A stretch of 64,000 nt of DNA from NCBI GenBank assembly GCA_003193925.1, contig PSPG01000001.1, positions 160,001 to 224,000 of the forward strand, in the 5' to 3' direction. Positions 8,085-16,899 of the stretch are shown here, in pieces. The notes under the pieces are model-generated. The model did not search any database and was not told the origin of the DNA. It worked only from the letters and a program-made list of their open reading frames with translations. This DNA is from Candidatus Thalassarchaeum betae. Lineage in GTDB: Archaea > Thermoplasmatota > Poseidoniia > Poseidoniales > Thalassarchaeaceae. The position numbers and the translations under genes were made by a program. Every line of letters starts with the position of its first letter. The first letter of the stretch is position 1.

Positions 8085-9356
8085 GTGACAACCGTCCTGT
8101 CGCTGGACGACGTCCGCCTCGCGGGACGGACTGTGCTCTATCGAGTAGACGTAAATTCGCCCCTCGAACCGTCCACTGGGGCCTTCCTCGATGACAGCAG
8201 ACTGCGCTCTATCCTCGAGACTCTGAGGAGCCTCTCAGACGCCAAGGTAGTGATCATGGGGCACCAGTCGAGACCAGGCAAGGACGACTTTACTGGCATG
8301 GAGGGTCACTGCGACCGACTCTCGCGCCTCCTCGGGCAGCAGATACGCTTCGTTGCCGATGTCTGTGGCGACGATGCCATCGATGCCATCGAGGAGATGC
8401 AGTCCGGCGAGAAGATATTCCTCGACAATGTCCGCCTCCATTCCGAGGAGTACGGCCCAGAGAAGGTTAGCTTCGAGGCGGAACCATCCTCCGAGATTGT
8501 TACCCGCCTGTCAGCCGTCGCCGACGTGTACGTCTCTGACGCCTTCGGCGCAGCCCATCGAAACTCGCCTTCCCTCACCGGCTTCGCCGAGGAGATGCCC
8601 TGTATCGCAGGCCGCCTGATGAACAGGGAGATCAGGGCCCTTGGCTTGGCCGTGGACGACCCTCCTCGACCCTACGTGGCGATTCTGGGAGGGGCGAAGT
8701 GCGACGACTCGCTGAGGGTCGCACTCAACCTCATCGAGCGCGGCGTCGTAGACTGCATCCCGATGGTGGGAGTGGTCGGCAACCTGATGCTGTGGGCTAG
8801 CGGGCACGACATAGGCGAGAGGAACAAGGAGTTCATCAGAAGCACGATGGGCGAGGCCTTCGACGAGACTTGGCAGATGGCCCAGCGCCTAGCGAGCGAC
8901 CATTCCAAGATGCTCTTCCTCCCCAGTGACCTAGCGGTGGAAATCGATGGGAAGCGGCATCCCATAGGAGTCGACGAACTTCCCACTGAGCATTCGATAT
9001 ACGACATAGGCTTCCAGACCCTGATGGAACTACGACCACTGATGTTAGACGCCAAATGCATCCTGTGGAACGGGCCGGCCTCATTCTTCGAGTACCCTGA
9101 GTTCGCCATCGGAACCATCGAGATTCTCAACATGTGCGCCGAGGCCACCGGTGTGACCATCGTCGGAGGGGGCCACACCAGCGCTCTGGTCAACCAGCGT
9201 GGCCTGTCCGGGGAAATCAGCCACAACAGCACCGGGGGGGGTTCGGTGCTGGGCATGCTCTCGGGCGAGCCGATGCCGGTGATCGACGCGCTCGCGCGCT
9301 CGAACGACAAGTACAGGCCCCTTCTCGGTGCACTAGAGCTGGAACCGATTGATTGA
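8085..9356 (+). CDS. pgk: Phosphoglycerate kinase (archaeal type)
   Basis: RVDVNSP, GHQSRPG, DAFGAAHR, ILGGAK, WNGP, GGGHT and STGGG motifs. GTG start at 8085 or 8073. Confidence 0.95.
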   Translation: MTTVLSLDDVRLAGRTVLYRVDVNSPLEPSTGAFLDDSRLRSILETLRSLSDAKVVIMGHQSRPGKDDFTGMEGHCDRLSRLLGQQIRFVADVCGDDAIDAIEEMQSGEKIFLDNVRLHSEEYGPEKVSFEAEPSSEIVTRLSAVADVYVSDAFGAAHRNSPSLTGFAEEMPCIAGRLMNREIRALGLAVDDPPRPYVAILGGAKCDDSLRVALNLIERGVVDCIPMVGVVGNLMLWASGHDIGERNKEFIRSTMGEAFDETWQMAQRLASDHSKMLFLPSDLAVEIDGKRHPIGVDELPTEHSIYDIGFQTLMELRPLMLDAKCILWNGPASFFEYPEFAIGTIEILNMCAEATGVTIVGGGHTSALVNQRGLSGEISHNSTGGGSVLGMLSGEPMPVIDALARSNDKYRPLLGALELEPID

Positions 9357-9357
9357 G

Positions 9358-9430
9358 AGCCACTGGGGAGACTCGAACTCCCGACCTCTTGATTACGAAT
9401 CAAGTGCTCTACCAGCTAAGCTACAGTGGC
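9358..9430 (-). tRNA. tRNA-Thr(CGU)
   Basis: The reverse complement GCCACTG TA GCTT AGCTGGTA GAGC A CTTGA TTCGTAA TCAAG AGGTC GGGAG TTCGAGT CTCCC CAGTGGC T folds into a complete cloverleaf with anticodon CGT and U73; CCA is not encoded. Confidence 0.95.
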
Positions 9431-9512
9431 GTCAGCGCAACCAACTGAACCATTCGCATAAGAGAATCGGTGCGGCAGACAATGCTAAGTCAGCAAGCAT
9501 ACACCGGACTCT

Positions 9513-10043
9513 ATGGAGGAGACCGAGGGGGGTGCAGCCCCGGAAGAAACGACATTCTCGGGAACACCGAACGCAGAGCCAATGCAGACCCAGGAAGTCT
9601 TCGAAGAGCCCGAAGTGCAGTACGTCAAGAGGTCTGCTGTCCCCGTCGTCATCGGGGCCATCTACTCCCTCTTCCAGGTACTCGGAGTGCTGGTTTCTTT
9701 GGCCATACTCCTCGGAGGTGCTCTGCTTGCAGGATTTGCACCAGAAATCGGAGAGGGCGCAGCCGAGGCTAGCATCTTGGTAACCGTGCTCGGCGTCGTT
9801 ATGCTTGCATTATCCAGCCTGGGCGTCTATGCCGGCATACTCATGATCCGGTACCAGAAGAGGGGCATTCACATCGCATTGGGTCTGCTTGCTCTAGGCG
9901 TGGTCATGGGAGTAATCACGAACGTCGCCTTTGAGATGTCCGCCACCGATGGTTTGGTAGGCACAGTCGCTACCAACGGTATTTGCGCGGTGCTTGTCGC
10001 AATACCCTTGCTAGTATCTGGCATATCCGAACAGATGGAATAG
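9513..10043 (+). CDS. Hypothetical membrane protein (about 4 TM helices)
   Basis: Acidic N-terminal tail followed by four hydrophobic segments. Confidence 0.75.
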   Translation: MEETEGGAAPEETTFSGTPNAEPMQTQEVFEEPEVQYVKRSAVPVVIGAIYSLFQVLGVLVSLAILLGGALLAGFAPEIGEGAAEASILVTVLGVVMLALSSLGVYAGILMIRYQKRGIHIALGLLALGVVMGVITNVAFEMSATDGLVGTVATNGICAVLVAIPLLVSGISEQME

Positions 10044-11429
10044 TCAGCGCAGCGCGCTGAGATCCGCGATGTGCCCGATGCGGGCGTTCACATCCGCGAG
10101 GATTCCCTCCAGCGCAACCTCGCTCCGACCCTCTGCTCGCATCACCAAGATGTCCTCAGTGTTGCTGGCCCGACACAGGTACCAGCCGTCCTCATAGCTC
10201 ACCCTGATGCCATCCACCGTCGAGCACTCCATGTCCGCGAAGGCCGCCTCTACAGCCGCCATGACCTCCTCACGCTCTCCGGGCAGGGGGATCTTGGCCT
10301 CCCCTGTTGAGGGGTAGTCGGGCAGGAACGAGAAGCGCTCGGAGAAGGACGGCCCGCCGTCGGCCGGAGCGGGGTCGCGCCCAATGATCTCGAGCAGGCG
10401 GGCGCTGTTGTACAGCGAGTCGTCGAAACCGGGCCAGCGGTCGTGCAGGAAGAAGTGGCCCGACATCTCACCAGCCATCGGGGCCTGCGGATTGTCCCAC
10501 AGCTCGCGCTTCATGAACGAGTGACCGGTCCTCACCATCCTCGGCACCCCGCCGGCAGCTGCAATCGCTTCCTCGAGCGCCATGCTGCACTTGACGTCGA
10601 AGTAGACAGTCCGTTCGTCCTCCGACGCGTCACTATCGAGATTCGAGAGCACGTCCTTCGCGAAGATCGCCATCAAGCGGTCAGGGTGGATGAAGCGACC
10701 GGTCTCATCTACCACTCCCATTCGATCGCCGTCACCGTCCATCCCGATGCCGAACTCAGCGCCGCTCTCGACCACCGCTGCGGCGAGGTCGGTCATGTTC
10801 TCAGGGCGAGTTGGGTCAGGAGGGTGGTTGGGGAACGAGTTGTCCCAGTCGCAGTGCAGAGGCACGGCATCGACGCCCAGACCCTCCATCAACCGCATCG
10901 CGAGCGGGCCGGGCACGGCGTTGCCGCAGTCGAGCACGATGCGAATCGGCCTTGCTGGTTTTCCCGCATTCTCTACGACGATGTCGATGTACTGGTCCTC
11001 AAAGTTCTCCACCGTGAAGTGAGAGCCTGCACCCTCACGGAACTCGCCACTCTCGAAGGCCTCGCGCAGCATCTGCAGGTCGTCTCCGGCCACGGGCAGC
11101 TTCCCGTGGCAGATCTTGAAGCCGTTGTACTCTGGCGGGTTGTGGCTGGCTGTGATGGCAACCGCAGCCTGGACTGGCAGGTCGACGGTGGCGCGGTACA
11201 GCACTCCAGTGGTAGTCACGCCTAGGTCAAGGACGTCTGCGCCAGTGCTGACTATCCCTTCGACGAACGCCGCATGGAGCTCCGCCCCCGAATCCCTGAT
11301 GTCGCGTGCGACGGCGACGGCGCCAACGTCCAGATGGGTTGCTACCGCCTTGCCGAGCGTGTTCGCGAACTCAACCGTCAGCTCGCTTCCCGCGATGCCG
11401 CGGATGTCGTACGCCTTGAACACGCTCAC
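10044..11429 (-). CDS. Phosphomannomutase/phosphoglucomutase
   Basis: FKAYDIRG, TASHNPPEYNG, DGDGDR, GEMSGH and RASNTE motifs (AlgC-like). Confidence 0.95.
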   Translation of the reverse strand: MSVFKAYDIRGIAGSELTVEFANTLGKAVATHLDVGAVAVARDIRDSGAELHAAFVEGIVSTGADVLDLGVTTTGVLYRATVDLPVQAAVAITASHNPPEYNGFKICHGKLPVAGDDLQMLREAFESGEFREGAGSHFTVENFEDQYIDIVVENAGKPARPIRIVLDCGNAVPGPLAMRLMEGLGVDAVPLHCDWDNSFPNHPPDPTRPENMTDLAAAVVESGAEFGIGMDGDGDRMGVVDETGRFIHPDRLMAIFAKDVLSNLDSDASEDERTVYFDVKCSMALEEAIAAAGGVPRMVRTGHSFMKRELWDNPQAPMAGEMSGHFFLHDRWPGFDDSLYNSARLLEIIGRDPAPADGGPSFSERFSFLPDYPSTGEAKIPLPGEREEVMAAVEAAFADMECSTVDGIRVSYEDGWYLCRASNTEDILVMRAEGRSEVALEGILADVNARIGHIADLSALR

Positions 11430-11473
11430 GACCTTGCGAGCGATGCGGCATTCATCATCTCTGTGGGTCGATG

Positions 11474-11848
11474 TCAGGCGCCAGAGCCCCGAAACGCCTC
11501 GCACACTATCTCGACTAGAGCCCCAGCCGGAAGATTCGGCACCTCGTACGCAGCACGCGCGGGCGGGGTGGTGCCATCGAGCCATTCGGAGTAAATCTCG
11601 TTGATGGTGCCGTAGAAGCCGATATCGGTCATCAGCACTGTCACCTTGACTAGGTCGGCTTTCGAGCTGTTCGCTGTTTCCAGAAGCCCCTCGATCTTCG
11701 CTAGGGTGCCTCTAGTCTGCGACTCGATGTCATCCCCAGCGTCGGTGGCTATCTGTCCGGAAAGCCAGATATGGTCCCTCACGGTTATCCCCGGGCTGTA
11801 GGGCCCCAGAGTACCGCCTCCGGTGTCGATCCTCAGTTTGCGAGTCAT
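11474..11848 (-). CDS. RidA/YjgF/UK114 family enamine deaminase
   Basis: GPYSPG, LSGQI, NEIY, PPARA and LPAGALVEI motifs. Confidence 0.9.
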   Translation of the reverse strand: MTRKLRIDTGGGTLGPYSPGITVRDHIWLSGQIATDAGDDIESQTRGTLAKIEGLLETANSSKADLVKVTVLMTDIGFYGTINEIYSEWLDGTTPPARAAYEVPNLPAGALVEIVCEAFRGSGA

Positions 11849-11878
11849 GCACGTCGCAAAGGCCAGCGGGTGATAGGC

Positions 11879-12331
11879 TTACTCACGCAGTATATCGACG
11901 ATTCTGATGTGGTCTCCGGCCATCTGGTCGGCGGTCAGCCCGTCTATCGGCACCCAAGCGGCATCAACAGCGTCGTCTCCGCCCCTCGGCCCTGCTTCCG
12001 GGTCGACATCCACGAGGTAGAACAGCGCCACGATGTGCTTCCTGGGGTCCCTGTCGGGGTCACCGTGTATGGCGAGCGCGACCGGGTCGAAGCCATCGAC
12101 CCCAGTCTCCTCCCTGAGCTCGCGCAGCACAGCGTCCTCTGGATCCTCCCCGATGTCGACGAAGCCACCTGGGAAGGCCCAGCGGCCCTCCCATATCTCA
12201 GGCTCCCTGCCCCTCCTGATGAGCAGGACCTCGGTTCCCGACTCGCCTTCCCTAAGTGCGACGGCGTCGACGGCGACGGCGGGGTTGCGGTGGCCGTCGC
12301 GGCCGCACTCGTCGCAGACGTCATCCGCCAT
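11879..12331 (-). CDS. NUDIX hydrolase with N-terminal CxxC
   Basis: Nudix box GGFVDIGEDPEDAVLRELREETG; DPDRDPR; GDDA. Confidence 0.9.
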   Translation of the reverse strand: MADDVCDECGRDGHRNPAVAVDAVALREGESGTEVLLIRRGREPEIWEGRWAFPGGFVDIGEDPEDAVLRELREETGVDGFDPVALAIHGDPDRDPRKHIVALFYLVDVDPEAGPRGGDDAVDAAWVPIDGLTADQMAGDHIRIVDILRE

Positions 12332-13202
12332 AGCGCCGCCTCCTGCTCTGATACGACTCGATGGCCTCGTACAGGTCGACCTTCGAGAACGACGGCCAGA
12401 AGACGTCGGTGAAGTGCAGTTCGGAGTACGCTATCTGCCACAGCAGGAAGTTCGAGATTCGCTCCTCGCCGCTGGTGCGGATCACCAGATCCGGGTCGGG
12501 CAGGTCGGAGGTGTACATCCTGCTGGAGATTTGCATCGTGTCTATCGATTCTAGGGGCAAGTCACCCTTGGCGTGATCCGCCGCGACCTCGCGCACCGCG
12601 TCGACGATCTCCTCCCTGCCGCCATAAGCCAGGCACACGGTGAACAGGAAGTCGGTGTAAGACTCGGTTCGTGACTGGGCGTTGCTGATGGCCTCGCGCA
12701 CCCGCTCGGGCAGCATCTCCAGACGACCCATCGCCTGCACCCTGACGCCGCGCTCGTGTATTTGCGGGTCATCGGCGATCTCGTTTAGCCCAGCGACATA
12801 GAGGTCGTAGAGGGAATCGAGCTCGCCAGGGGAGCGCTCATTGATGTTCTCCGTCGAGAGGGCGTAGACGGTGAGATAGGGTATTTCGAGGTCGAGAATC
12901 CAGTCCATGACCTCCTTGAGTTTCTCCTTGCCTCGTCGGTGTCCGAGGTCACGTTCGATGTTACTGTTCCAAGCGAAGCGACGGTTGCCGTCCATGATAA
13001 TCGAGATGTGCTGAGGCAGCTCGCCTTCCTTGAGGCGGTCTCGTAGCCTGTTTGCGCGTATTCTGTCTGTGCGCGAGATGAAGCTCCATGCGTAGCTGGA
13101 GTTGGCGACAGCCCTCGCTGGTATCGAAACCAGTCTGAATCTCAGGAGCCACTTAGCGAGGTAGTCGATTCGACGCCCGAGCGACTTGCGTATGCGGCCC
13201 AT
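12321..13202 (-). CDS. uppS: cis-prenyltransferase (polyprenyl diphosphate synthase)
   Basis: HISIIMDGNRR, YALSTEN, YGGREEI, DLVIRTSGEERISNFLLWQ and the C-terminal RRYG. Confidence 0.95.
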   Translation of the reverse strand: MGRIRKSLGRRIDYLAKWLLRFRLVSIPARAVANSSYAWSFISRTDRIRANRLRDRLKEGELPQHISIIMDGNRRFAWNSNIERDLGHRRGKEKLKEVMDWILDLEIPYLTVYALSTENINERSPGELDSLYDLYVAGLNEIADDPQIHERGVRVQAMGRLEMLPERVREAISNAQSRTESYTDFLFTVCLAYGGREEIVDAVREVAADHAKGDLPLESIDTMQISSRMYTSDLPDPDLVIRTSGEERISNFLLWQIAYSELHFTDVFWPSFSKVDLYEAIESYQSRRRRYGG

Positions 13203-13251
13203 GCACTCACCAAATGCTGACTGCGCTAAAGGGCGTCGCCTCTCCTCGCAC

Positions 13252-13797
13252 CTATTCGAAGACGATGTCAGCCGACTCTCCTAGTTTGTCCAGAACTCCT
13301 TTACCGGGGTTCACGACCACTATCTGTCCGGCTCGCTCCCAAACAGCCAGGTCATGGCGGCTGTTGCCGGCGTAGCCGAACCCCTTCTCGCCGTAGCGTG
13401 CCACCAGCGCCTCGGCCTTGCGTCGGTCGCGCAGGTTGTAGTTCACGTCCGAGGCCATCACGTCTGAGAACAGGCCGACGTGCGCCGCGACTCTCTCGGC
13501 AACGATGCGGTCCGATGCGGTGGCCAGCACCAGCGTGCGACCCCTCGCATGCTCGCCGGTGATCCAGTCGAGAAAAGCCTCGTGGTAGACCAGTTCCGCT
13601 GGGTCGAAGACCAGCCTCTCGGCCAAGTCTCGCTTCCACTGCGCCCTCTTTCCTGCCAGTTCCTTCAGTAGCATGCCCGGAAGCACCCACGGGCGTCTCG
13701 CGATGACTCGCGAGAAGCTGATTCTGCTCATGTCTGAGAGAATCAGAGTGCCGTCCAGGTCGACAGCCAGAGGTATGTCAGACACAGTATCTCCCAC
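13252..13797 (-). CDS. Stand-alone HAD-family hydrolase (similar to the N-terminal domain of bacterial UbiA-HAD fusions)
   Basis: PLAVDLDGTL, LATAS, NL...K and YAGNSRHDLAVW motifs. Confidence 0.8.
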   Translation of the reverse strand: MGDTVSDIPLAVDLDGTLILSDMSRISFSRVIARRPWVLPGMLLKELAGKRAQWKRDLAERLVFDPAELVYHEAFLDWITGEHARGRTLVLATASDRIVAERVAAHVGLFSDVMASDVNYNLRDRRKAEALVARYGEKGFGYAGNSRHDLAVWERAGQIVVVNPGKGVLDKLGESADIVFE

Positions 13798-13920
13798 GCA
13801 CCTCGCTGAGGGGTGTGTGATTCAAGGCTTCGCAGACCGATTCAATGAAGCCGTCGACCACGTCGTGACCTCGGGGCAGCGACCGTGGCTGGGGGGGAGA
13901 GAGCTTGGAGACCGGCCGCT

Positions 13921-15132
13921 ATGGCCGAGATTGAGAGCGATTCCGAGGCTCCAGCCGGCTTCCGTGCAGTCAGGTTCGCAGGAATAGGGTTGGTGGCCAG
14001 CATGATAGAGCCGACTTCCGTCTCCAATTTGGATGACTGGAAAACGCTCGTTTCCGAGTTAGAGGCTTGGGGAGAGGTGCCGAATCCGGATTCCATCACT
14101 CGAATCTCCTCCGAATCTTCCGACCGTGGCATGATTGCCGCTCTGAGTGCTGGCAGCGCTTGGACCGCAGAGTTCCTCCCGTGGGGCTCGGACGGTCGCC
14201 TCAGGGCTAGAGCCAAAGCGGCACCTGACGGCTCACACGTCCCCTCAGGCGGGTATACTTGGGCGGATAGGGACATGATTCTGCTCAGGAGGACCTCGGA
14301 TGCGGGTTCTGATACAGCCTCGGAGTTGAAGGAGGCCCTGCGTGTGGATGACTTGTCCGATGCACAGGAGGCTCTCCGCATAGCCGGAGAGGTGCTGGGC
14401 CGGTACCACTCCGCGGTGGAGACAGTCAGAACGACTCCGCCCGATCCCTCTCGCTGGAACGCTAGGACGCAGTGGCTGGAGGAGAAGCTCCGGGCGACCC
14501 TCATCTGGCGCGCCAAGTACTCAAAGAACCAGCCCTGCACCCTCAGCCTGGGCGAAGTCAGGCTGTCGGACGTCTCCGGGGACTCGCTCAGGATAGGCAG
14601 GCCGAGGCTGGCAGACGGTCTTCGCGCCCACACCTGCGAGTTCCCAGCGATGCGCGACCTCGCATCGCTGGTCCACGATCTGTCCCGTATCCACCACTCC
14701 TCTTCCACCAGTCTGGAGCTGACTCCACTACGCTTGGCGCTGATCGAGGGATGGAAGTCAACAGCGCCGGCGGATTGGACCTCCGACGACGCCTTCTACT
14801 CACATCGGGGAGGCTTGGCGATATGGGAGTACGAGCAGTGCCTGCTCGACGTGCTCGAGGCCACCTCGCACCAATCAGGTCCGCCTGAGCCAGCAGTGAC
14901 GACGTTGGCCTACGTCAAGGCGTACCAGAAGCGAATGTTCAGCAACCGCACCTACGGAGCGCTTTCGATGATGGCCGCGTTCTTCGGGATCGCCTCCCTG
15001 GTCAACACCTTCCCCCCTGCCTTGGGGGAGATTCCGATCCCAATCGCCTGCCTCGTTGTGAGTTACTGGCTGTATGGGGTCTACAAGCGTTTGTCCCCGC
15101 CACCGGAGCGGCCTTTCACTCATCTCGGGTGA
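13921..15132 (+). CDS. Maltokinase/APH-like kinase-fold protein, probably degenerate, with two C-terminal TM helices
   Basis: GEVLGRYHSA and PAMRDLASLVHDL resemble maltokinase motifs; GEVRLSDV stands where HGDLHLGQV is expected. Confidence 0.55.
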   Translation: MAEIESDSEAPAGFRAVRFAGIGLVASMIEPTSVSNLDDWKTLVSELEAWGEVPNPDSITRISSESSDRGMIAALSAGSAWTAEFLPWGSDGRLRARAKAAPDGSHVPSGGYTWADRDMILLRRTSDAGSDTASELKEALRVDDLSDAQEALRIAGEVLGRYHSAVETVRTTPPDPSRWNARTQWLEEKLRATLIWRAKYSKNQPCTLSLGEVRLSDVSGDSLRIGRPRLADGLRAHTCEFPAMRDLASLVHDLSRIHHSSSTSLELTPLRLALIEGWKSTAPADWTSDDAFYSHRGGLAIWEYEQCLLDVLEATSHQSGPPEPAVTTLAYVKAYQKRMFSNRTYGALSMMAAFFGIASLVNTFPPALGEIPIPIACLVVSYWLYGVYKRLSPPPERPFTHLG

Positions 15133-15730
15133 TGACTCCCTTATCGTAGGTGTAGTGAATCGGCTCCCCGGTCGGTATCTCGAGGGACACGATGTCCTCG
15201 GACGATATGTCCTCGATGTGCATGACAATCGAGCGCAGCGAGTTGCCGTGGGCCGAGACCAGCACGTTGTGGCCCTGCTCGAGGTCGGGTACAATCTCGT
15301 CGACGAAGTACGGGATGGTGCGCTGGGCAGTCGTCTCGAGGCTCTCCCCCTCGGGAGGGGCCACATCGTAGGAGCGACGCCAGATGTGCACTTGCTCGGC
15401 GCCGTGCTTCTCTGCGGTCTCGGCCTTGTTCAGTCCCTGCAGGGCGCCGTAGTGACGCTCGTTCAGCCTCCAGTCGCATCTGGTCGGCACACTCTCTGAA
15501 GCCCGATTGTGCCGCATGATGATCTCAGCCGTCCTCTGGGCGCGAATCAGGTCGCTTGTGTGCACAACGTCAATTCTGACGTCAGCTAGTTGCCGACCGG
15601 CCCCGTCTGCCTCCGCGACCCCCTGGTCAGAGAGCTCGACGTCGGTCCAGCCGGTGAAGCGGTTGGCGGCGTTCCAGACCGATTGGCCGTGACGGACCAG
15701 AATCAGCCTGGTCATCGTTCCACCGTTCAC
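15116..15730 (-). CDS. gpmA: 2,3-bisphosphoglycerate-dependent phosphoglycerate mutase
   Basis: LVRHGQSVWN, FTGWTDV, LNERHYGALQGLNK, WRRSYD and AHGNSLR motifs. Confidence 0.95.
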   Translation of the reverse strand: MNGGTMTRLILVRHGQSVWNAANRFTGWTDVELSDQGVAEADGAGRQLADVRIDVVHTSDLIRAQRTAEIIMRHNRASESVPTRCDWRLNERHYGALQGLNKAETAEKHGAEQVHIWRRSYDVAPPEGESLETTAQRTIPYFVDEIVPDLEQGHNVLVSAHGNSLRSIVMHIEDISSEDIVSLEIPTGEPIHYTYDKGVITRDE

Positions 15731-16800
15731 ATCTGCGTTCTGCGCCGCGGCTCGTGGAACTTCAGACCGCTCTCGATGCCGCCAGCGCGGGCCATCAGCA
15801 GGATGTCCTCGGTGAACTCCCTCTGGGTCTTGGCCGAGGACAAGCAGTAGAAGTTGCTCGAGACCGTGATCTTAGACGGAAGACTCTCGGTGACTCGGAC
15901 CCACGAGTCATCGGACTTTGTGGCCCTCGGGTCTGCCAGCACCTGCTCGTACACCGACTCGCAGAACTCGCGCAAGGAACTCCCGTCGCTGTCCCCCTCG
16001 AACTCGAAGCTCGGGCGGATCCTGCGGAACCTCCGTTGGCTGAAGTTCTCGACCGGTGAGTTGGTGATGTTTGAGTTAGGAATGGTCACCATAGTGTCCG
16101 CCCCGGTCCTCAGCATGGTCGTGCGCAGGCCGATGGTGATGACCTCCCCCTCGACTCCGTCTACGATGATCCAGTCGCCGACGTGGAACGGCTGGTCCAC
16201 GATGATCGAGATGGCGCCGAAGACGTTGGCGACCGAGTCTCGGGCTGCCAGCGCGAGCGCCAGACCGGTGATACCGAGACCGGCGATGAGCCCGTTCAGG
16301 TTGACGCCGAAGAGTCCTGCGACGACGAAGAATCCGACTACTACCACGGCGAGCCTGCCAATCGACTCAGCAACGCTCGCGAGAGAGCGGCGAGCCGCCA
16401 TGTTGTCTCCCTCGACTACGATGAAGGCGTCGAGGTAGTCGACCAGCCTGTAGGCTGTCAGAAGCATGAGAATTACGAAGCCAGCCCAGGCAGCGGTCGC
16501 GACATCCTCCATCAGCGCGGCGTCCCATACAGGCTCGGTGTTGGTTGCGAGCCAGTCCAGAGAGTACCACATCATCAAGAAGACAACCATCCACCTGAGT
16601 GACTTGGGGGCGAACAGGTTCCCGGCATCTATCCTCTCAATCTTGGAGAAGATGTCCATCAGTCGGGGGAAGATCATCCTCCTGGACATGACTCCAGTTG
16701 CTACACTGAGCACCGCGCAGGCGATTACAACAATCAGAGTGCCGGTCGAGAACCCGCCAATCACGGCCTCGCCCTCCATGAATTCATCGAGCATTTCCAT
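15727..16800 (-). CDS. mscS: MscS-family small-conductance mechanosensitive channel
   Basis: AGLGITGLALALAARD, QPFHVGDWI, GEVITIGLRTT and IPNS motifs. Confidence 0.9.
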   Translation of the reverse strand: MEMLDEFMEGEAVIGGFSTGTLIVVIACAVLSVATGVMSRRMIFPRLMDIFSKIERIDAGNLFAPKSLRWMVVFLMMWYSLDWLATNTEPVWDAALMEDVATAAWAGFVILMLLTAYRLVDYLDAFIVVEGDNMAARRSLASVAESIGRLAVVVVGFFVVAGLFGVNLNGLIAGLGITGLALALAARDSVANVFGAISIIVDQPFHVGDWIIVDGVEGEVITIGLRTTMLRTGADTMVTIPNSNITNSPVENFSQRRFRRIRPSFEFEGDSDGSSLREFCESVYEQVLADPRATKSDDSWVRVTESLPSKITVSSNFYCLSSAKTQREFTEDILLMARAGGIESGLKFHEPRRRTQM

Positions 16801-16899
16801 GCTCCGGCCGAGGACCCCTCCCTCAAAAAGGCAACCCCGGTCCTGTGGACCGCTCTGCGAGGGATTGAATACCGTCCCTATGGTCGCAGAGACGTTCCC

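Noticed and set aside
9430-10043. Integrated element at tRNA-Thr, suggested by the slightly lower-GC membrane protein gene
   Set aside because: The gene is on the 5' side of the tRNA, and there is no integrase or duplicated tRNA end.
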